Shown: positions 25,860 to 39,575, numbered from the stretch's first letter. The stretch is DNA of 64,000 nt from Octopus sinensis (GCF_006345805.1 NC_042999.1:119102001-119166000), one strand, 5' to 3'. Made by a program: numbers and translations. Notes: a model not told the origin generated them from the sequence alone.

Positions 25860-26940
25860 TTTATTAAACTTGGGTTTCAATTTATTAATAAATAAAGTCC
25901 TTTTCTTTCAGTTTTCTCTTGATTTAATTTGGATTGTATAGTTTATGAAATGGAAATATTATAAATATTTTCCGGCCACATGTTGCTAGATGGTTACTGA
26001 GTGGTATTTGGCGGACTTCTGGATTATAACTTTGTTGTCAGTGCACATGTGAATGTTCTGATAGTGCATTGCCTGTCTGGCCAACATACAGTTCTTCACA
26101 ATTTGGGCATTTGATGCAGTAGATTAAATTTCTGCTATTGCAGTTCATATTTGCGTTTGTGAATATTTTCCCCGTTTTTGTGTTCATATATGGGTCGATA
26201 TGAATTAATAGACTAGCATTGCATTTAGACACAGTGAATGGTTGGTCTTTGTTGCTAAGGTCAAACCTTGTCTTTGTTAATAACTTTTCAAGCTTTTAGG
26301 CTGTCTTTTACTGGGAGTTATAGTTTGGTCTGTAATTCCTTACTATGAGCAATGATTGGTAGGTTTGCTTTAGCAATATTGAAGATGTTCTGGTGGCATG
26401 GATTATGCGTCACTATAAACAGTATGATTTGTTCTTGTTTTTCTCTTCTTTGTGTTGTCCTCAGTTGTTCTGTGGGTATTTTCATTGCCCACTGAATACC
26501 ATTTTCTATAAGTAGTGATGGGTATTTTTGTTTGAGCAGAAATTCTTTCAGTTCCATCAGACGTTGATTCCTGATCTTTAAATCTTCTACAAGGGTAAAG
26601 ATTCTTCTGGCTAAGCAGTATGGGATGTTACGTTTTTTATGCAGTAGATGGCACGATTTAAAATTCAGGTATTCATGTGTATATAATATATATCTGTGAT
26701 AATGGTGGTGTTCTTTTTAATTACCATTATATCTAGGAATGGTAATTTGGTACTACTCATCTCCTTTGTAAATTGGATGGATTGCTATAGGTTGTTCAGG
26801 AGGATATTGTATTCTAGTGTTTTGAGATTTTGTTCAGATTATGAAGCAATCGTCAAGGTATCTCTTCCATGCATTTTCAATATACTTCCTAAATTCAATG
26901 TTGTATCTCTCCATTTCCTGGTAGAGTTTTTGTTCTAATC
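25860..26940 (-). mobile_element. 5'-truncated Penelope-like element (RT C-terminus + GIY-YIG endonuclease)
   Basis: AWKRYLDDCFI at about 26840-26872; ELKEFLLKQKYPSLLIENGI (26318-26557); CNSRNLIYCIKCPNCEELYVGQTG (26038-26232), a GIY-YIG motif with CxxC. Confidence 0.92.
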
Positions 26941-27012
26941 TAAGAGTGGTTTATTCAACAGTTTTACTTATAACACTGACAGAGAAAGTTAAGTTTGACC
27001 CTAGGAATTAAG

Positions 27013-27068
27013 AATCGCTGATGCAGATTAAGATGGTCTATATCAAAATCTAAAATCGCGATCGAACT
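27013..27068 (+). ncRNA. Degenerate minimal hammerhead ribozyme motif beside the Penelope element
   Basis: CTGATGC-agatt...aatct-AAAA-tcgcga-TC. Stem II and the palindromic stem III (ATCGCGAT) are intact, but the core has two substitutions and stem I is poor. Confidence 0.45.
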
Positions 27069-27644
27069 ATGTATGCTGAAGACTTACCTCCCTTCATCAG
27101 TCATTAAGACAGTGCATTTTGTGGCTTTTGAGTTGTGTTAGCTCTAATATTTAGCAAAAGTGGTGCTAGTCAATACTCTCTGTCATTTTTGTGACCTCTA
27201 TAGTATATATATATATATATATATTTGAGTGTGTGTGTGTGAGTATGTGAAATTTGACTGGTGATGACTGCTGCTGTCATCTTGCAGTTGTTTTAGTGTA
27301 AGAGGCAAAGTGATAAAAATATATATGTTGCATAACACTAAGAGGTAGTGCATGGTACCAGAATTTTTGACTTGAATATAAAAATCTACTCCGAATTTTT
27401 GTTATTGTTTTCTTGTAAGCAGAGTCATGCCTGATTAGTTTGTAATTATGTAATAATGAAGTCAAGCGAAATAGTGATACTCTGAAATCTTTTAATACAA
27501 ACATTTCAGGTCTAAAACTTTCCTCATTTAAAAGGTTTGAAGATTTTTAGAAATGTTTTAAATGAGGAAGGTCTTATATATATGAAAAACATACAGACAT
27601 GTACTCTAGGAACACATATACAGAGTATTGCTAAAAGCTTACTC

Positions 27645-28490
27645 ATTCATCATCATCACCAACTTTTCATATCCATTTACCTATGCTTCCATGGGTTGGA
27701 TATGTCTTTACCAGTTCAGTGTTTCACTACTTATTGCAATCTTTTGACGCCTCTTTCATGTTGTTCAGTATCTTAACACCATTTTCACCAGTTTTTCCCA
27801 TCTTCCTAAGTTTCCTTCTTCTGCAGTTTCTTCCCACTTAGATCATTTGACATTTCTTTACTGAAATGTCAGCCTCCATTTGCATCATATAACCGTATAA
27901 GTTCAGTCTTTTTTCTTGCTCATTATGTCTGATTTCTCTTATACACAGTTTTTCTCTCAGCACATTTGTGCTTCATTACTTGTGCACACTAACATGACAC
28001 ATTCAATTGAACATGCATGCCCTATCTCATTACAGCTTTTGGACAGCTTCTGCATTTCTCGTGCTTTTCTACTATGCAGCAATGCACTTCATTCATATAG
28101 GGAGAGAATTCATTGCTACCAGCAGAAGTAAAAGTTCCTTGAACAGTTTCCAAACTTTCTTACTCTGGTTACTATGATTTTGGAATAACTTTCTCCACTG
28201 TCAGTGTTTTATCCTCAGGAATGTGGTCTGTTCTCTATTTCTAGGGATTCTTGCAAATATTTCCTCATTGTCATCATTGTTGTTGTTGACATCATTGTCA
28301 TCGTCGTTATCATCATAATCCTTGCTTTGGCAAACTTTCTACCGATAGATGCCCTTCCTTTTGTCAGTCCTCACCTTTCCAAGTCAAGTAATATTCGCCA
28401 TGACTAGACATGCTTGCATAGAAGATTAGAAATGAATGATATGGCTTGCATGACTGACACACCCATTTAAAACTATCACACTGTATCAAG
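27645..28490 (-). mobile_element. Old RTE LINE 3' fragments
   Basis: (CAT)n plus CTTCCATGGGTTGGA tail motif, and decayed similarity to 22400-22700. Confidence 0.55.
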
Positions 28491-28518
28491 GTAATGAGAC
28501 TTTCTCACAACATGTATA

Positions 28519-28566
<48 letters not shown>

Positions 28567-28760
28567 TTATATTCATGTTTTTTAATAACTGCTTGTATTC
28601 TTATCTATATACATTAAATAATATACTATATGTATGTTATTACGGTTGTCGTTTTGATAAATAAACAAGTCAACATTTTAATGTCCTGAAGTTGATGAAC
28701 CAACTAATGTGCTTCTCCATTTTTTTAATTTGCTATATACAGAAGCTGTAAGAATGCCAT

Positions 28761-28799
<39 letters not shown>

Positions 28800-28806
<7 letters not shown>

Positions 28807-28966
28807 ATGGCATTCTTACAGCTTCTGTCTACCAAATCCCCTCGCAAGTTTGGTTGGGCTGAAGCTGCAATACAAAACATTTTCTCAAGGTGCTATCTAG
28901 TTGAACTAAACCTGAAATCATCTAGTTGTGAACTAAACATTTTACCACACAGCCATGCTTGCACCT
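28800..28966 (-). mobile_element. SINE family A, degenerate 5' half
   Basis: TTCTGTCTACCAAATCC...TTACCACACAGCCATGCTTGCACCT. Confidence 0.75.
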
Positions 28967-29289
28967 ATTTTTAATAACTGATTTCAGTCAGTTACTCTAA
29001 TACATTGACTACAAACAAAATCCTTTTTCTCAGTCAGATTGCTTATATTCCTACTGTATTCCTATGATGCATTCAAGGTTTACTGTAATCCTCCTGTGCA
29101 TTACATTGGGTAACAAAATATAGAATTCTTACCAATTCCTTTTATTCCTTTTCTATAAACTGAAAAAAAAAATTTTTAAGGAAGAAATGTGGGGAAGTTG
29201 GGGAAGGGGTATGTAATGACTAGAAAATAATAAAGAAGACTGTTACATTAACCACTGTTTTAGAAAGAAAAAGAGCCCTAAAATGCCTG

Positions 29290-29890
29290 TTATTAGACTG
29301 TTGTCCATTTCTGCATATCAGATTTCCAGAATGTCAGTATAAATTTGTCTTCTTTCCTGGTGACTAAAACTTTTGCCTCACAAAATTTAATTCAATGCCT
29401 CTCAATTTTTGGTTTTGCATAAATATTTGGAGCTGCTTCTCTAATTCTTTAACAGATTCATTTGTGAGAACCAGGTCATTAGCATATAAAAGTCCCCATC
29501 TACAACCACTCTTTAACATTTCGCTCATGGCCTGGAGAACTATTATAAACAGTAGGAGGCTAAGAGCCAAGCTCTGATAAATATCAGCTTGCCTCTAAAT
29601 TCAATTCTAAGTTCAAAGCTAACTCTAAACCTGCTGACAGTATCTCTTTCAATGGTTTGTATGTCTTTCACAAGCCATTTTTCTACATATAGTAACCACT
29701 AGATTAAATAACATGATAACATGATACCCTGTCAAAAATCTATTCCATGTCAAAGAATGCTTGGTATAATAATTTGCTCTCTTCTAAGAACTCCTGTAGT
29801 TGCCTTACTAGGAAGTGGCAAGGATGTTTGTACAAGGATGAAGTACAATCTCATCTAAGTGAATTTTCTAGTTAATTAACTGTGCTAATT
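29290..29890 (-). mobile_element. RTE LINE RT fragment
   Basis: ORF 29364-29570 reads LSLLLFIIVLQAMSEMLKSGCRWGLLYANDLVL, a degenerate YADD box homologous to 21500-21744. Confidence 0.8.
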
Positions 29891-30659
29891 ACATCATGCA
29901 AATATCTTTCAAAACTTTTACATATCTTCAGAGACCAATGAACTCTTACAATATATCTGTTTGTTTAGACCAACACATCATGATTTAAACATATTTTTCA
30001 AATTATAAATCAAAGAAGGAGAGAAAATTTAATTTTCTATGATTTCAAAAAAGCTAAAACTTATTTCTTATAGCTCTGAGCAAGATAAAATATTTTAGCA
30101 TTACTGTGTATGTAGACAAGAGATACTTATTCAACCTGGTGTTGGTGTCACATATATGCTGCAATGTACTGGCTGTCATGCAATTAAGATCTTTCATGAT
30201 GTAACCAGTTGTTTTTTCTCATTTAAACACCCCATGTTAAAAATTAGACAGAAATTAAACAAAAATTTGATAAATTTTACTTTTATTTTTAAAAAGAAGA
30301 GAATTTTATGAATATTTTACAAAATGGAAAAAAAAAACACCACCATACAATCATGTGTTAATTTACAAATTTGTTTGAAATTAAATATCGTTATAAAATT
30401 TTTGCTTCTGAAAACTGCTGCGAATTTAAGTAAATTAAGTTAAATTGCAAAATGTCCAAATATAGCTTGAATGACAAAATTTTATTACACATTACTAGTG
30501 AGTATATCTGTGTGTATGTGCATGTACGTGATTAAATGACAAAGGAACAGGAAATCTTGCAATGAGTTAGAATAGCTTACAACTGTTTCCGTTATGGGAT
30601 GTAGTGCACCCAGAGGAGAGTGCTTGTGCACTTTATAGCTTCTTAAATATATATAGTGC

Positions 30660-30812
30660 AATCTGTGGAGTGGTTAGTGTTAGAAAGGGAATCCAGCCAT
30701 AAAAACCATGCCAAACAGACATTGAAGCCTAGTGTAATCTTCTACCTGGCTAGCTCCTGTCAAACCACCCGACTCATACCAACATGGAAGGTGGATATTA
30801 AACGATGATGAT
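30660..30812 (+). mobile_element. RTE LINE 3' tail
   Basis: GGAGTGGTTAGTGTTAGAAAGGG...CTCCTGTCAAACC...(GAT)n. Confidence 0.75.
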
Positions 30813-30817
30813 AAGGA

Positions 30818-30884
<67 letters not shown>

Positions 30885-31073
30885 TATAAAATGGCGATTT
30901 GACGTCTATGTTTAGCATATAGGGTGTCCACTTTAGTGGTCATTCCTCTAAATTTTGTATGTAACACAATTTTTAATCTTTGGATTTTTTAAATATGCTA
31001 AGCCACTGGTTTTAATTGATTAGCATCAATTTCAACTCTTTTTTTTATTTTATATTATATATATATAATATAT

Positions 31074-31106
<33 letters not shown>

Positions 31107-31524
31107 GTGTACATCCATGGTTGCATATATATGTACATCTCTTGGTGCATGTGTGGGTGCACATGTGTGTGTTTCATACGAGTGTGAGTGAGCATATGCA
31201 TATAGGCATATGTATGTGGGCGTGTGTGCACGCATGTGTATGTATGTACATGCATGCATACGTGATTGCTTTGAACATTTTAACTCCTTTACTTTTTACT
31301 TCCTCTTCTTCAGTTCTTTCTCTTATTTAACGGTCATTTTCATAGCATATTTTGATTGCCTCAATAACTGAAGAAATGCCAGTGTGAGTTTCTGCCCCAA
31401 CATCCAAAACTCGGAGTTTCATTATGGCAACCGAATAATTGTCACATATTATATTATAGATATATATATATGCATGTATGTATTTATGTATATATATATA
31501 TATATATATATATAAAGAAGACTG

Positions 31525-31559
<35 letters not shown>

Positions 31560-31611
31560 TGTATGTATGTATATATATATATATTCATGTATGTATGTAT
31601 ATATATATATA

Positions 31612-31823
31612 GTTAATCCAAACAAGAAAACACAAAAAAACACAACAACGCGAGGACGTGGAACAAATATAGTATTATTGGACGCTCAGGAAAGAAGGGA
31701 AGAAGGAGGGTTTAACTTTTCGAGCAGATCTCTTCGATGGAAACATAGGAGAAGGAAAGATCCAGAGAAGGGAAGACAGAGGAAAAAAAATCGCCAACGG
31801 TACACACGAGGTCACATTTTGAA

Positions 31824-31825
<2 letters not shown>
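31612..31825 (-). mobile_element. Small insertion within (TA)n carrying a degenerate hammerhead motif (probable Penelope pseudo-LTR piece)
   Basis: GC-richer island between (TA)n tracts. The minus strand at 31710-31744 reads gttt-CCATCGA-agagatctgctc-GAAA-ag-TT-aaac. Confidence 0.5.
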
Positions 31826-31854
<29 letters not shown>

Positions 31855-32665
31855 TATTATTAAACTTTTAATACTTTTGATATTAAAAAAAAAAAAAAAT
31901 TAATTAATTAATTAATAAATAAAATAATATATAAATATAAAAATATACATACATACATATATATATATATATATTTGTATATATATATAAAATTTATAAG
32001 TTTAAATTATTTAAATAATTTTTTAACTTTTATATTTTTAAATTAATTTTATATATTGGCTTATGTTTTTCACTGTTTGATTTGCTTAATAGTGGTTTTA
32101 TCTCTAATTTAATATAATATAATATAATATATTTATACTATAAAATTGGATTTAATCCTAAATCTAAGTTTTCCCTGTAAGTTTGGATTTATTCCCTAAT
32201 ATTATTATTATATATATATATTTTATTTTTGTACTTTGTATATGGCAGATGTCAACTAGTGCACTCATAAAAGCACCTATGCTACTTCTTGTTGACTGCC
32301 ATATGTTATTCCCAGCCTGCCATGTTAACTCCACGGAATTGTTATGTATGCAGTACCCTTTGTAGCATCAGATAAATATATTAATGATGAGAAATATTTC
32401 ACTGATGGAAATATTATTTTTGTCAATGGCTTGCTAGATATGTTTCGGCATGACATGTCTTCGGCTTGAAGAGTTATGTATGTCGAATTATTGGGCACCT
32501 ATAGGGTCCATGGATACTATAGATAATATTTAATAATATCCTGTGGATATGGTGAGATGATCCCATAAAAATGCATGTCATGCTGAAACATGTGTAGTAA
32601 TGCATTAATAAAAATATAAAATTTCTATATGTGAATTGTTTCTCATTATTAATACATGTATATAT

Positions 32666-33061
32666 ACTCCTTTACTCTTTTACTTGTTTCAGTCATTTGA
32701 CTGCAGCCATGCTGGAGCACCGCCTTTAATCGAGCAACTCGACCCCGGGTCTTATTCTTTGTAAGCCTAGTACTTATTCTATCGGTCTCTTTTGCTGAAC
32801 CGCTAAGTGACGGGGACATAAACATACCAGCATCGGTTGTCAAACAATGCTAGGGGGACAAACACAAACATACACGCACACATATATATACATATATACG
32901 ATGGGCTTCTTTCAGTTTCCGTCTACCAAATCCACTCACAAGGCTTTGGTCGGCCCGAGGCTATAGTAGAAGACACTTGCCCAAGGTGCCACGCAGTGGA
33001 ACTGAACCCGGAACCATGTGGTTGGTAAACAAGCTACTTACAACACAGCCACTCCTGCGCC

Positions 33062-33062
<1 letters not shown>
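32666..33062 (-). mobile_element. SINE family A, full length, young
   Basis: Reverse complement is closely similar to 56196-56603. Confidence 0.95.
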
Positions 33063-33102
<40 letters not shown>

Positions 33103-33106
33103 TATG

Positions 33107-33170
<64 letters not shown>

Positions 33171-33213
33171 CATACATACATACATACATACATACATACA
33201 TACATGCATACAT
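33063..33213. repeat. (TA)n/(TACA)n microsatellite
   Basis: Direct reading. Confidence 0.95.
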
Positions 33214-33539
33214 ACAGACGTGTGTGTGTGTACATTTGTATACAAACACACACACGCTACACATACAAATATATATTTAATATCTTCTGCCATGTTTGTC
33301 CTGGCTTTAGAACCATTACATTGCATCATTGCATGCAGTAATAAGCACCAGGAAGGGCATCCAATTATTGAACACAATCCCAATGCCAACCTTGAAACTT
33401 GAATGTAAAATGCTGATGCTGGCGATGATAATATGCATAAATATTATCATCATCATAGTTTTCCACATCCCTTAGTCACATAGATTGGATGGGGATTCTA
33501 CAACACAGAATCTCAACCATCCCATTTATATTCTGATCC

Positions 33540-34146
33540 CTGTCCCTTGTGAGTGTACCTTGCACTTTGCCACCATCTGTATCCTGCTGTCTCCCACTCT
33601 CTCTGTCCTTTTCCTGCACTTCACTCAGGTTGGGTAATCATGCATCTCCTTTGTAGCAACATACTTGTTTTTGTCTTCGTTCCTGATCTCTCTCTCTCTC
33701 TCTCTCTCTTCAGCTGGGTAACCTTGTACCTCCTCTACAGCAAGACACCTGTTTCTGTTTCACTATAACTTTTCATCATCTGACACAAGATCACCTCCTC
33801 CAATGCCCCTCTCCTCTCAAAAGAGTTTTTTTTTGTTTTGCAAGTTACTTGGTGATCCTGTCAGTGTAGATGCCTCTTAAAAAGCATCCAGTCCACACTG
33901 TTAAGAAGCTGGTATTTGGAAAGGCATCCAGCTGTAAAAACCTTGCCAAAATTGACTTGCCTGTGCTTGTGTCACATTAAAAGCACTAAGTCAATTCTGC
34001 TGAGTGGTTGGTGTTAGGAGGGGCACCCAGCTCTAAAAATCCTGCCAATACAGTCATAGAAGTCTGGTGAAGGCTTCTGCTTTGCCAGCTCCTGTCAAAC
34101 CATCCCACCCATGCCAGCTTCGCAAGCAGATGTTAACCGATGATGA
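33540..34146 (+). mobile_element. RTE LINE 3' UTR, old copy
   Basis: Duplicated GGCA(T/C)CCAGCT.TAAAAA motif and terminal CCCATGCCAGC...(GAT)n. Confidence 0.7.
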
Positions 34147-34205
34147 TTATATTTTTCTATTATATTTCCACAAAATTGTATAAACATAGATACATGCATA
34201 CATTC

Positions 34206-34350
34206 ACTAGTGTAGCTAGAGTATGTGCCACCTGGGGTGGCCCTTCTGCTTACCATCCCTGGACCCCTCAAAAAACACACACTGCCTACAGCAGATCTAA
34301 AAGTGCCACTTGAGGCAGACTGTTCCTTCCACGTCCCCAGCTATGCCAGT
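34206..34350. mobile_element. Short hAT-like MITE
   Basis: Imperfect TIRs ACTAGTGTAGCT / AGCTATGCCAGT, with a subterminal GTGCCAC.TG.GG motif near each end. Confidence 0.55.
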
Positions 34351-34931
34351 TTATACATGTATACAGGTATGTTTTGACCAAAGATTGGCCCAGGCCATGT
34401 ATAACTTGATAACACCACCTGATAGGATTTGCTAAATCCTTTTTTAAGTCAAGGTTTGTGATATCATGGACGTTCATGTTGGGAGTTCTTGTTGAGTGAG
34501 TTGTACATATTATATTTTATATTATATTTCCACAAAATTTTAAACACAGTGTAACAGCCCATCCACAAGCCTCCAAAATGCACACAGGGTAAAAAAGTTC
34601 TTGAAGGATGTTTTATAATTTACATTTACATAACATGTTTCTGCAGCAAAATTTCCAAATACAGTTGGAAGTTCAATATTTTCAGATCTATATTGGCAAG
34701 TGTCAGTTGTTAATTTTTGTTTTTAATTGTTTCTGTTTCAAGGCATCATTTGAAAAGGATCTGTCAGATCAAAATGAAATAAAAGAGTAAGAATAAAACT
34801 ATATACTTTATTAAAATTGCATTCTATGTTCTATGGCTTTCAAACTTTTGTTCAACTATGTATGCTTATTTATGTATCATGTATATGCATGTATGTAATT
34901 CATGTATATGTGTATATATTGCATATATATT

Positions 34932-34982
<51 letters not shown>

Positions 34983-35638
34983 CTCTACACACATGCACAC
35001 ACATATGTACTGTATATAAGTGTGTACATATACACACACACATATGCAAATATATCTATGCATGTGTGTATATATATATGTATATATATATTTATGTGTA
35101 TATATATATATATATATGTATAAGTATGTATGTATGTATGTAAGTATATATATATGTATGCAAATATATCAATGTATGTGTGTATACACACACACACTTA
35201 CACACACATATATATATATGTAACATATATGCGTGTGTGTGCATGTGCATACATTTATTAGGTTGACTTGGAGCTATACAACAAGAACCTAATTAATTAC
35301 ATGAGAAACCAGTATATTTGTTACATAACCTTATGTTCTCAATACCTTTGCCACTTTTCATGATAGAATTCCCTGCTGTTATCTATTTCATGTGCCTTTA
35401 TTCTCTCTTATTTGCACTTCTAATTTCTCATTTGAATTGTCTTTTTCTCCTTACTTATGCATTCAGTTTATGCATATGCAACTCTGTTTGTATGTAAGTA
35501 AATGTTATTAATTTATGTATGTATGTATGTATGTCTTTGTACATGCGTGGACATATATATATATATATATTTGAGGATACATACATACATCCATACATAC
35601 ACACATACATACATACATACGTACATACACACATACAT

Positions 35639-35670
<32 letters not shown>

Positions 35671-35702
35671 GGACGGATAAATGGATACATAGATAGATAT
35701 AG

Positions 35703-35733
<31 letters not shown>

Positions 35734-36559
35734 AGAATACATGTACTTACGTGTGTGTATATGTACATATGCATATTTAGGCATGGAATCTAGAAAGTTA
35801 AACCATGTGTTCGTGCCAATCTAATGCTTTTTCTCACATCATGTTAAAGACTTGTAATATGAAACTTCAGCAAATGGGCGAGTGAGGATTTACCAACTTC
35901 TCAATGATACCTTACAAGCTGAAAGCTAGTTAACAAGATATAGAAGAAAGCGTTAATTAATTTATTAACTGCATATAGTAATCAGTATTTGAATGCAGAT
36001 ATCATCATCAACATCATCATCATCATCATTGTCATCATCATCATCGTTATCGTCGTCATCGTCATCATCATCATTCAACCTCTATGTTTCACACTGGCAT
36101 GGGTTGGATAGTAGGACACTGATTAATTAATTGCTTTGTTTAACACCACCATGTTGTACTTCAGTGGAATCTGCTTTGTTGCAATCATTTAGATGATGTA
36201 TCTGGTCAGACCATAATGTCGTCCTACCAGTCACCAAAGTTCTGATAAGATTCATTGAGCACTAATCTTCTTTTGATTAAGCAACAAAATAAAAATTATC
36301 AGGGTCATTCCTTTATTTAGAATATCATCTCAAGATGCTGGGACAAAATGCAGAAGAATCACAGCTCAATAAGGTATTAGGTAGTGCAAAGAGTAAAGAA
36401 ACAACCTGTCCAATAATTGGAGTCTTAAACTTCAGACAAAATACTTAGCAATAAGACATGCACAGTCAATAGATATTTTCTACTGATTTTCTATTAGGAA
36501 GCTATGACTTCCAAAATTATTCGAGGGTTCTCCCATTTGTGTCTAGTGCTGACAAAAGC

Positions 36560-37010
36560 CTAAGGAGCTTGAAAGAGTGCAGGAAGTGTGCTATGGGTTG
36601 GAACAAGTAATAATCTAAAAGAGCTAAGTCTGGATTATATACTGGGTGTAACATCAGTTCGATTCCCTCAAGTTCCTTGAGTTTATTCTGGGTTGCTCAA
36701 GCAGTGTGAGGTCTTGCAGAGTTCATGCCAAGTTGTTCAAGCTGTATGAGGTCTTGCTGTAGAAGAGTTCACTTTCTGTTAATCAATGCTGGGTATTTTT
36801 GCTGAACAGTATCATACATCTGCTCCAGCTGTTCAAAGTACAAGTTGGCATCAATATTTTGACCATCTGGAAAGAATTTGTCATGAATTATCCCCTTGTA
36901 ATTCCACCGATGTAGAGCATCACCTTGTGCTAAAAAAAACCTATGTTTGGTGATAGATTCCAGAAGCTGACCCTTACTTAAACACTGCTTATGCATGCTA
37001 GAATTGCTGA
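36560..37010 (-). mobile_element. Mariner transposase catalytic region, decayed
   Basis: WNYKGIIH...NIDANLYFEQL...KYPALINRK, then SARPHTA...ELEGIELMLHPVYNPDLA (compare HPAYSPDLAPSD). Confidence 0.85.
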
Positions 37011-37019
37011 AAAATGATC

Positions 37020-37294
37020 TCCCCCAGATTATTCCTTGTTCCAATCCATGGTTTACTTCCTGTGCTCATGATGCTTCAACAACCAACATAAGATGGAAGC
37101 TTCAGTGTAGGAGTTGTTCACCTCAAAAGACAAGAATTGGTATCAGCATGGGATCAGAGAGCTGGCAGAAAGATGTCTTCCACCAGTGCAACACAATGAC
37201 CTCTACTTTGAATGTTAGGCTGCTTTTGTTGTAATTTGATAAATAAAGCAAATAAATTACCAAACTATTACAAACCTTTTGACTCAAAACAATA
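37020..37294 (+). mobile_element. Mariner transposase C-terminus and probable right TIR
   Basis: Plus strand reads PDYSLFQSMVYFL...ELFTSKDKNWYQHGIRELAERC...DLYFEC*, ending at ...TTTGACTCAAAACAATA. Confidence 0.75.
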
Positions 37295-38309
37295 CCTCAT
37301 TGTCCACAATGTCTACTGTTGTTTTAATAACTCTGCCTAAAGCGAGAATCTTGAAATATCTCTATTGTAGGTCAATGTGAAAATGTTTCTTATTACAGGT
37401 CAAATATATAACAAACATATTTGAGCTGATCTAGAAATTTGTGTATTCCACAACACTGCTCTGTGTGCCAACTACATAATTTATTTGAGTCTGTTGACCA
37501 TTGCTTATAGTTAGTAATTATTCTCTACTAATTTTCGACAAGCAAGCGATGACTATCAAAGTCATTTCAGAGGTGTTTGGTGACTGGTGCTGATGAAAAC
37601 AATCAACAGAAAGAGAGCAAGAGAGAAAGAAAGAGGTTAGACATAAAATAAATTGTACAGGCCCCTGAATGGGAAAACAAAAGACATTGTCTATCACGCA
37701 GCTCTGCAATAAGTTCCAAATCAAGAAATTATATCATTGTTTTGATGAAAATTGTTCATTGCTTGAAAAATATTGGTCAAGTTTAATAAAATTTAATATG
37801 TACTCAATGCATGAACTGTTGTTGTTGGGCCCAAAGCCAAATGAAGAGCCTTCCACAAGAGCTAGCTTTTAAGCTAGTATATATATATATAAATGGACGC
37901 TAAACGATGATGATGATGATGATGATGATATATATATATATATATACTAGCCAAAATTGCGAGGATAATCTGGTGCTTGACTGGGGAAAGAAAACTATCA
38001 TCTATCTGGATGTTTTGTTGTCCCATTTTTGTATCACATAGCTGTCCAGATGATTTGTGTTCTTGTCCCATTATATATATATATATGTGTCTTTGTGTGT
38101 ATGCATATGTGTAGATATCAATGAAATTAAATGCAATCCATTGTTAAATGGAACTGATGGTTAGGTGTTTATTTGCTGATGCATGACATTTCCAGGATGA
38201 ATTGTCATATCTGTGATTCCTAAGATTGTGGTAGAGTATGCTATCTATATTCACATGACTGGAATGGTAGCTTGATAAAGGATCTTGACTCTTTTGATAC
38301 CAACATGCC

Positions 38310-38500
38310 TGCCTTTCTTTCTATGATACAAGCTTCATGTTTTAAAGTGATCTAATGTAAAGCCTTCCAGAAAATCTAATTTTAATTTATTTTCCAAACA
38401 CCAGATTAATAAGTTATTTCATAAAGATTTTCATTATTTAGAAAATTAATTAAAATTAAAACAGTGTGCTTCAGCAGACGTATGGTAACAAATGGGTTAA
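38310..38500. mobile_element. Possible end of a non-autonomous piggyBac-like element
   Basis: Terminates in ...ATGGTAACAAATGGG-TTAA. The other end was not found. Confidence 0.35.
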
Positions 38501-39575
38501 GTAGTAGAGCAAGATAAAAACATGTTTTAAATGTGTACTAGCAAAGCTTTGCAGGATAAAAATAAGTTTAACAAAACAAGAAAAGTATCAGTCAGAGTGA
38601 AAATAAGCTCACAAAATTGAACAACACTGTATAACAAAATTTTAATGTTTTTTTGTCTTTGTTTAATAAGTGTTATTTGCTATTTGCTTCTAGCTAGAAA
38701 TCTAAGGAAATGACTACTATTCCCTTCAAAACTTTACTTTTGTGATCCTGGACATCACTGTTTTGAAACTTACCTATTTTCCATTACAATTCAGACAGAT
38801 TCAGTGTTTCAATCAGATTTCCATTACATTTCAGAGAGAGTTGCTGAAGCAGAAATACTGTTGCAGTAAATATTATGCCCAATGCCACAGATTTTTCTTG
38901 TCAGTTGCTTGACCTTAACCAGTTGAGCATATCCCTTAGTGGCTGACAATATGTACATCTCTGATCATGAACAGGAGTGGTGAAAGAGCATCACAGCCAT
39001 GTGTTGAGAGGGATTATTTGGAGTTTTAATAAATGTAACAAAAGCGAAGTTTGAAAGAAATATTATTATAATCCATATGAAATTATTCTATTTTGTACCC
39101 AATATTGAACATCACTTGCTAACAAATCTCATCTCAGCTTATCTCAGATTTCATAGGTGTTTCATCTTATAGAGTACCTCTGACATGGCTTTACAATTAG
39201 AACTTCATTGTCAGTAAGAAAAGAATTCAAAACATGGTTCCTGGAAATTGTTTAGGTCATGTAAAATAATATAAAGCTTTTGATTAACATCACATAAAAA
39301 TTTAGCAATGAATTTAAAGTAACTTATTCATATTAATCAATGAGACCATCAGAAATAAAATGAAAATTGGATGTCAATAAAAACATTCATATGCTGATTA
39401 AATTTCCACAAATGAATCAACAAGAGAACAAGATTATTTTGCAGCTAAAAGGACTTGGCTTGAGCTGAAAGATAAGAATGTGCATATAGCCTAGAGTTAA
39501 ATACTGATTAGTAAACATCATTTGCAAAATGGTCTTGCTTAAAATGCAGGAAAAGAAAAGACAAGGATAAATATT

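Noticed and set aside
31362-31428. CTGAAGA...CAAAACTCGGAGTTTC hammerhead-like relic
   Set aside because: GAAA is mutated and the stem I register does not fit; too degenerate to call.
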